From assembly GCA_000004985.1 (NCBI GenBank), contig GG739289.1: a DNA stretch of 2,119 nt, one strand, 5' to 3'. Positions 1-2,119 of the stretch are shown one piece after another; position 1 is the first letter of the stretch, and every line of letters begins with the position of its first letter. Source of the DNA: Naegleria gruberi (taxonomy: Eukaryota). The notes under the pieces were generated by a model. That model was not told the origin of the DNA and did not search any database. It saw only the letters and a program-made list of their open reading frames with translations. The position numbers were made by a program, and so were the translations under genes.

Positions 1-2
1 TT

Positions 3-119
3 GATGCTTTGCACTTGCTCGTCACTTTTATTTATGACAGAAGAGTGGCAGCTGAGACAGTTGCTGGTACATTTGATTTTGATCCAACAAGAGCCAGAAA
101 CATTCTCCTGACTCAATAA
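3..119 (+). CDS. Possible C-terminal fragment (38 codons) of an upstream gene. The strand and frame assignment is tentative.
   Basis: Frame 3 is open from the window start to TAA 117..119 (...DALHLLVTFIYDRRVAAETVAGTFDFDPTRARNILLTQ*). GC is ~42% here against ~30% in 120..226. AATAAA lies at 162..167, 43 nt after the stop. Plus frame 1 (1..108) and a minus-strand frame (ATG 125..123 running leftwards off the edge) are also stop-free here, so the coding frame is not resolved. Confidence 0.2.
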   Translation, partial: DALHLLVTFIYDRRVAAETVAGTFDFDPTRARNILLTQ

Positions 120-161
120 GGTCATATTTTTAGTAAAGTTGGTATATCAAAATAGATATGA

Positions 162-167
162 AATAAA
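162..167 (+). terminator. Putative polyadenylation signal (AATAAA) for a plus-strand gene ending at 119.
   Basis: Exact AATAAA hexamer 43 nt downstream of the frame-3 TAA, inside an AT-rich non-coding-looking stretch (120..226). Confidence 0.2.
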
Positions 168-226
168 TTCTTCAAAACTATATTTGCAGGAAATCAAACA
201 ATTTTTCCATTTTACAATTCCAAGTT

Positions 227-1372
227 TCACACAAGTGAATTTGAGTTGATGTTTGAGTCAATCCAAAGCTTCAACAAAATAGACAGTGAAATACTTGTTT
301 GTGAGGCCCACCGTAGAGAATACTTTGTGCAGAAAGTTGATAATTCCTTCATTAACATTCTCACTGAAAGAGGTGACAACCCTACACTTGTTATTTCAGC
401 ATGCATTCTATCTCTTATGTGAATGTAGACGTTTTTACATTCTTCAACCAGTTTTTTCTCATCACCTTTGCAAGTAAGCATGTCATTAATCAATCTCTTG
501 GATAAAACTTGCATTTTATCATATCCTTCTATAGTATTACTCGACAGGAATAATAATACAGTGAGCGGACTATAGTTTCCATTCTTGGTTTCATTTAAAA
601 TTTCCAAACAATGCTTTTTGTCTAGGTTGTAAATTTTGTTGATCATTGTTTCTTGATTTTGTAGTCGTTCCTTTTCATTTGAATTGAATGTAAAAGCATT
701 ATTCAACTCTAGACAAAAATAATCATAGACACGAATAACGGCCAAACTACTTTCAAACCACAATCTACACTTGTAGATTATATTAAGCAACAGTAATGGT
801 CTGGATGGATGAGATAATGAGTTTTTTGGCACTTTTCTCGCTGCATATATTCTCATATAAAGGCATTCATCAAATAATAGATGTGATAGTGATTTTTCAG
901 AACAACCAACACCAAATGCAAATATTGAATGACTTCTTGAGCTCTTTGGTGGATTTTTAATAGTAAAAGAGTATACAAGAAAGTTGTCTGTGTTGTAATT
1001 TCTAATGTCCAACAAGTGATGTTTCATGTTCACTGGGTCAGATATATTAAGGGAGATGTATTTGGAAACTTCCTTACACCATGGCTTTAAAGGAGGTTGT
1101 TCTTCTTTTATGGGTGTTTTAAAGAGCTGCATAATCGACTCCATACAACCTTTTGATGTTTCCGATAGTTGGCTTCTCTCACCCGAAAGTGATTGATTAT
1201 TATCGGATGGCTCAACAGTGGAACATAAAATTTCCCATGTATCAGAGTTTCCGTAATTGTTTGCTATTGATATAAGGACTGAGTCGCTCTGGTATAAAGT
1301 GTCGAGCCCTTTGTTGTGGCCTGCAATTATCGACAAAAAGGAAAAATCAAAGAATGCCATTTTTTTAAGCAT
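227..1372 (-). CDS. Hypothetical protein, 381 aa. The N-terminus is signal-peptide-like, the protein is Cys-containing, and it has no recognisable domain.
   Basis: Complete ATG-to-TGA ORF (ATG 1372..1370, TGA 229..227) of 1146 nt. The sequence is ~67% AT, so random frames hit stops every ~15 codons, and the other five frames are closed across this span. GC content is modestly higher than in the flanks. The N-terminus MLKKMAFFDFSFLSIIAG has a basic n-region followed by a hydrophobic h-region. A second in-frame ATG (1360..1358) lies in a strong aaaaaaATGg context. No Shine-Dalgarno sequence is present upstream. Confidence 0.75.
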   Translation of the reverse strand: MLKKMAFFDFSFLSIIAGHNKGLDTLYQSDSVLISIANNYGNSDTWEILCSTVEPSDNNQSLSGERSQLSETSKGCMESIMQLFKTPIKEEQPPLKPWCKEVSKYISLNISDPVNMKHHLLDIRNYNTDNFLVYSFTIKNPPKSSRSHSIFAFGVGCSEKSLSHLLFDECLYMRIYAARKVPKNSLSHPSRPLLLLNIIYKCRLWFESSLAVIRVYDYFCLELNNAFTFNSNEKERLQNQETMINKIYNLDKKHCLEILNETKNGNYSPLTVLLFLSSNTIEGYDKMQVLSKRLINDMLTCKGDEKKLVEECKNVYIHIRDRMHAEITSVGLSPLSVRMLMKELSTFCTKYSLRWASQTSISLSILLKLWIDSNINSNSLV

Positions 1373-1680
1373 ATTGATAAGGATCCAGTCGTGATAGTCT
1401 TATTGGTTGCGTCACGATAAGAATGATGTAGATGATCTACTTGTTCAGTAATCTGCAGATTAACCTTATTCACAACGATATCAAACCCAAAATATGATAG
1501 ACATTACTTGCTTATCGATTATGATTCTAATATATTCTTGGACTGTTGATTGATACAACAACAGATCAAGAAACAAACAAATTATTTGTAAAGTTTGGAA
1601 ATCTAATTGGTTACTCTCTCCCACAATTTATCCGAAATGGTTAACTATCATCACTAAGAGTGAAAAGGAAACAAAAGAAA
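1373..1680. promoter_or_regulatory. Shared 5' and putative bidirectional promoter region between the divergent ORFs.
   Basis: This 308-bp AT-rich gap (~29% GC) lies between two ATGs that point away from each other. No ORF of meaningful length occurs in it. It contains clustered GATA-type motifs, a central AATATATT palindrome (1529..1536) and a perfect 13-bp dyad (1428..1440). Confidence 0.4.
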
Positions 1681-2119
1681 ATGTTCGACAATCATCGAGT
1701 CTTTTGTCCACTCCAGACGAGCAGGCTCTTTCGAACCCTCTTCCTTCTCCTTCCACTTTTATTTTACTGTTCATGTGAAATTATGAAAATCACATGTGAA
1801 TTGACTAGATTAAATTCTCAACAAATGATGAATAGCATGTTTTCACTTTCTGACAGTAAATCAAGCAACACTCAACAAGGAAATACCAACGTTCTAACCA
1901 AAGTTTACCTTATCCATTCTCAATCACCATATCCAAGTAATTACAATTGTGAAATGTATCCTTGCAAGAGTGTACAAGAGGCACTTGGTCAATTTGCTGT
2001 AAATGCAGATGTTATTCAGTTTATATCATCTCTCAATAATGGAACTGTTAAGACAATTGGAATAACTTTTGTAATAATGGCATCTGACAATTATTTTTGT
2101 GATTTCCACATGACAACAC
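1681..2119 (+). CDS. Hypothetical protein, N-terminal part (3'-truncated by the window edge). It has a signal-peptide-like N-terminus followed by an S/N/Q-rich stretch and then a Cys-containing segment.
   Basis: I translated this by hand in frame 1. ATG 1681 is followed by 146 sense codons with no stop through 2119: MFDNHRVFCPLQTSRLFRTLFLLLPLLFYCSCEIMKITCELTRLNSQQMMNSMFSLSDSKSSNTQQGNTNVLTKVYLIHSQSPYPSNYNCEMYPCKSVQEALGQFAVNADVIQFISSLNNGTVKTIGITFVIMASDNYFCDFHMTT. An in-frame TAA at 1642..1644 makes 1681 the first possible start, in an aaagaaaATG context with A at -3. The three minus-strand frames and the other plus frames over 1700..2119 all contain stops. The ORF is absent from the supplied track, presumably because it has no stop inside the window. 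Confidence 0.6.
   Translation, partial: MFDNHRVFCPLQTSRLFRTLFLLLPLLFYCSCEIMKITCELTRLNSQQMMNSMFSLSDSKSSNTQQGNTNVLTKVYLIHSQSPYPSNYNCEMYPCKSVQEALGQFAVNADVIQFISSLNNGTVKTIGITFVIMASDNYFCDFHMTT

Noticed and set aside
286-477. Plus-strand 63-aa ORF (MKYLFVRPTVENTL...) from the supplied track.
   Set aside because: It lies entirely antisense to, and nested within, the 381-aa minus-strand ORF. Its length is at the level expected from the stop-depleted antisense frame of a real gene. It has no start-context support and its composition is not notable. Most likely spurious.
227-1372. Possible sulfotransferase assignment (IRDRMHAEITS vs 3'-PB VRDPxxRxxS; GNSDTW vs 5'-PSB GCTNW) or metallophosphoesterase assignment (AGHNKG vs GNHE) for the 381-aa protein.
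   Set aside because: The matches are 3-4 residues each. The spacing between the would-be PAPS-binding motifs is ~270 aa, against the ~60-100 aa expected. No other family motifs are present. This is insufficient for a functional call.
122-1497. A 9-bp inverted repeat (TCATATTTT at 122..130, AAAATATGA at 1489..1497) flanking the 381-aa ORF, considered as possible terminal inverted repeats of a transposon.
   Set aside because: Dozens of 9-bp inverted matches are expected by chance in 2.1 kb of AT-rich sequence. There are no target-site duplications and no longer TIRs. The ORF shows no transposase motifs such as DDE.
1381-1645. Run of classic 6-cutter sites in the intergenic region: BamHI GGATCC 1381, PstI CTGCAG 1453, EcoRV GATATC 1477, ClaI ATCGAT 1514, HpaI GTTAAC 1640. 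This could hint at a cloning polylinker or vector junction.
   Set aside because: The sites are spread over ~260 bp, not contiguous as in a polylinker. There are no flanking vector hallmarks. Several are by-products of the GATA/ATCG-rich motif content. This fits coincidence in palindrome-prone AT-rich DNA.
1726-1740. A TTCGAACC palindrome resembling a tRNA T-loop (GGTTCGAAT).
   Set aside because: There is no preceding GG, no acceptor stem, no anticodon arm and no D-arm complementarity. It lies inside a well-supported coding frame (LFRTL).
1-2119. Bacterial or phage origin with an undescribed defence-type operon.
   Set aside because: There is no Shine-Dalgarno sequence before any ATG. The leaders are 100+ bp long. 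The genes are divergent, not operonic. The codon profile is eukaryote-like (frequent CGA/AGA, GGA, CCA). The sequence carries AATAAA after a stop and a Kozak/plant-consensus start context. Nothing resembles known defence domains. I cannot fully exclude a low-GC bacterium without a database search.
1-2119. CRISPR arrays, rRNA/tRNA genes and long tandem repeats.
   Set aside because: No repeat-spacer periodicity, no conserved rRNA blocks and no cloverleaf-compatible segments were found by reading both strands.

Overview
This is an AT-rich window of about 33% GC. Its long ORFs have no convincing Shine-Dalgarno sequence, and the Arg codons CGA/AGA, Gly GGA, Pro CCA and Leu CTT/CTC are frequent. 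An AATAAA motif lies downstream of a stop codon, and one start codon sits in an aaaaaaATGg context. I read it as eukaryotic, with nematode- or plant-like usage. I cannot assign an organism, and a low-GC bacterium is not strictly excluded. The window contains three things. (1) A complete 381-aa ORF on the minus strand (227..1372). It has a signal-peptide-like N-terminus, 11 Cys and no domain I can recognise. (2) A divergently oriented ORF on the plus strand that the supplied ORF track omits because it runs off the right edge (1681..>2119, at least 146 codons with no stop). It also starts with a textbook signal-peptide-like segment. (3) A 308-bp shared 5' region (1373..1680) with several WGATAR/GATAAG motifs in both orientations, a central palindromic AATATATT, a perfect 6-1-6 dyad and interleaved short inverted repeats. 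The first ~120 bp are stop-free in three frames and GC-richer, which suggests the tail of a neighbouring gene, but strand and frame are unresolved. I see no rRNA, tRNA, CRISPR or mobile-element signatures. I see nothing that supports a defined multi-gene 'system'. The most useful results are the unlisted divergent ORF, the orphan secreted-type protein pair and the GATA-rich bidirectional promoter candidate.
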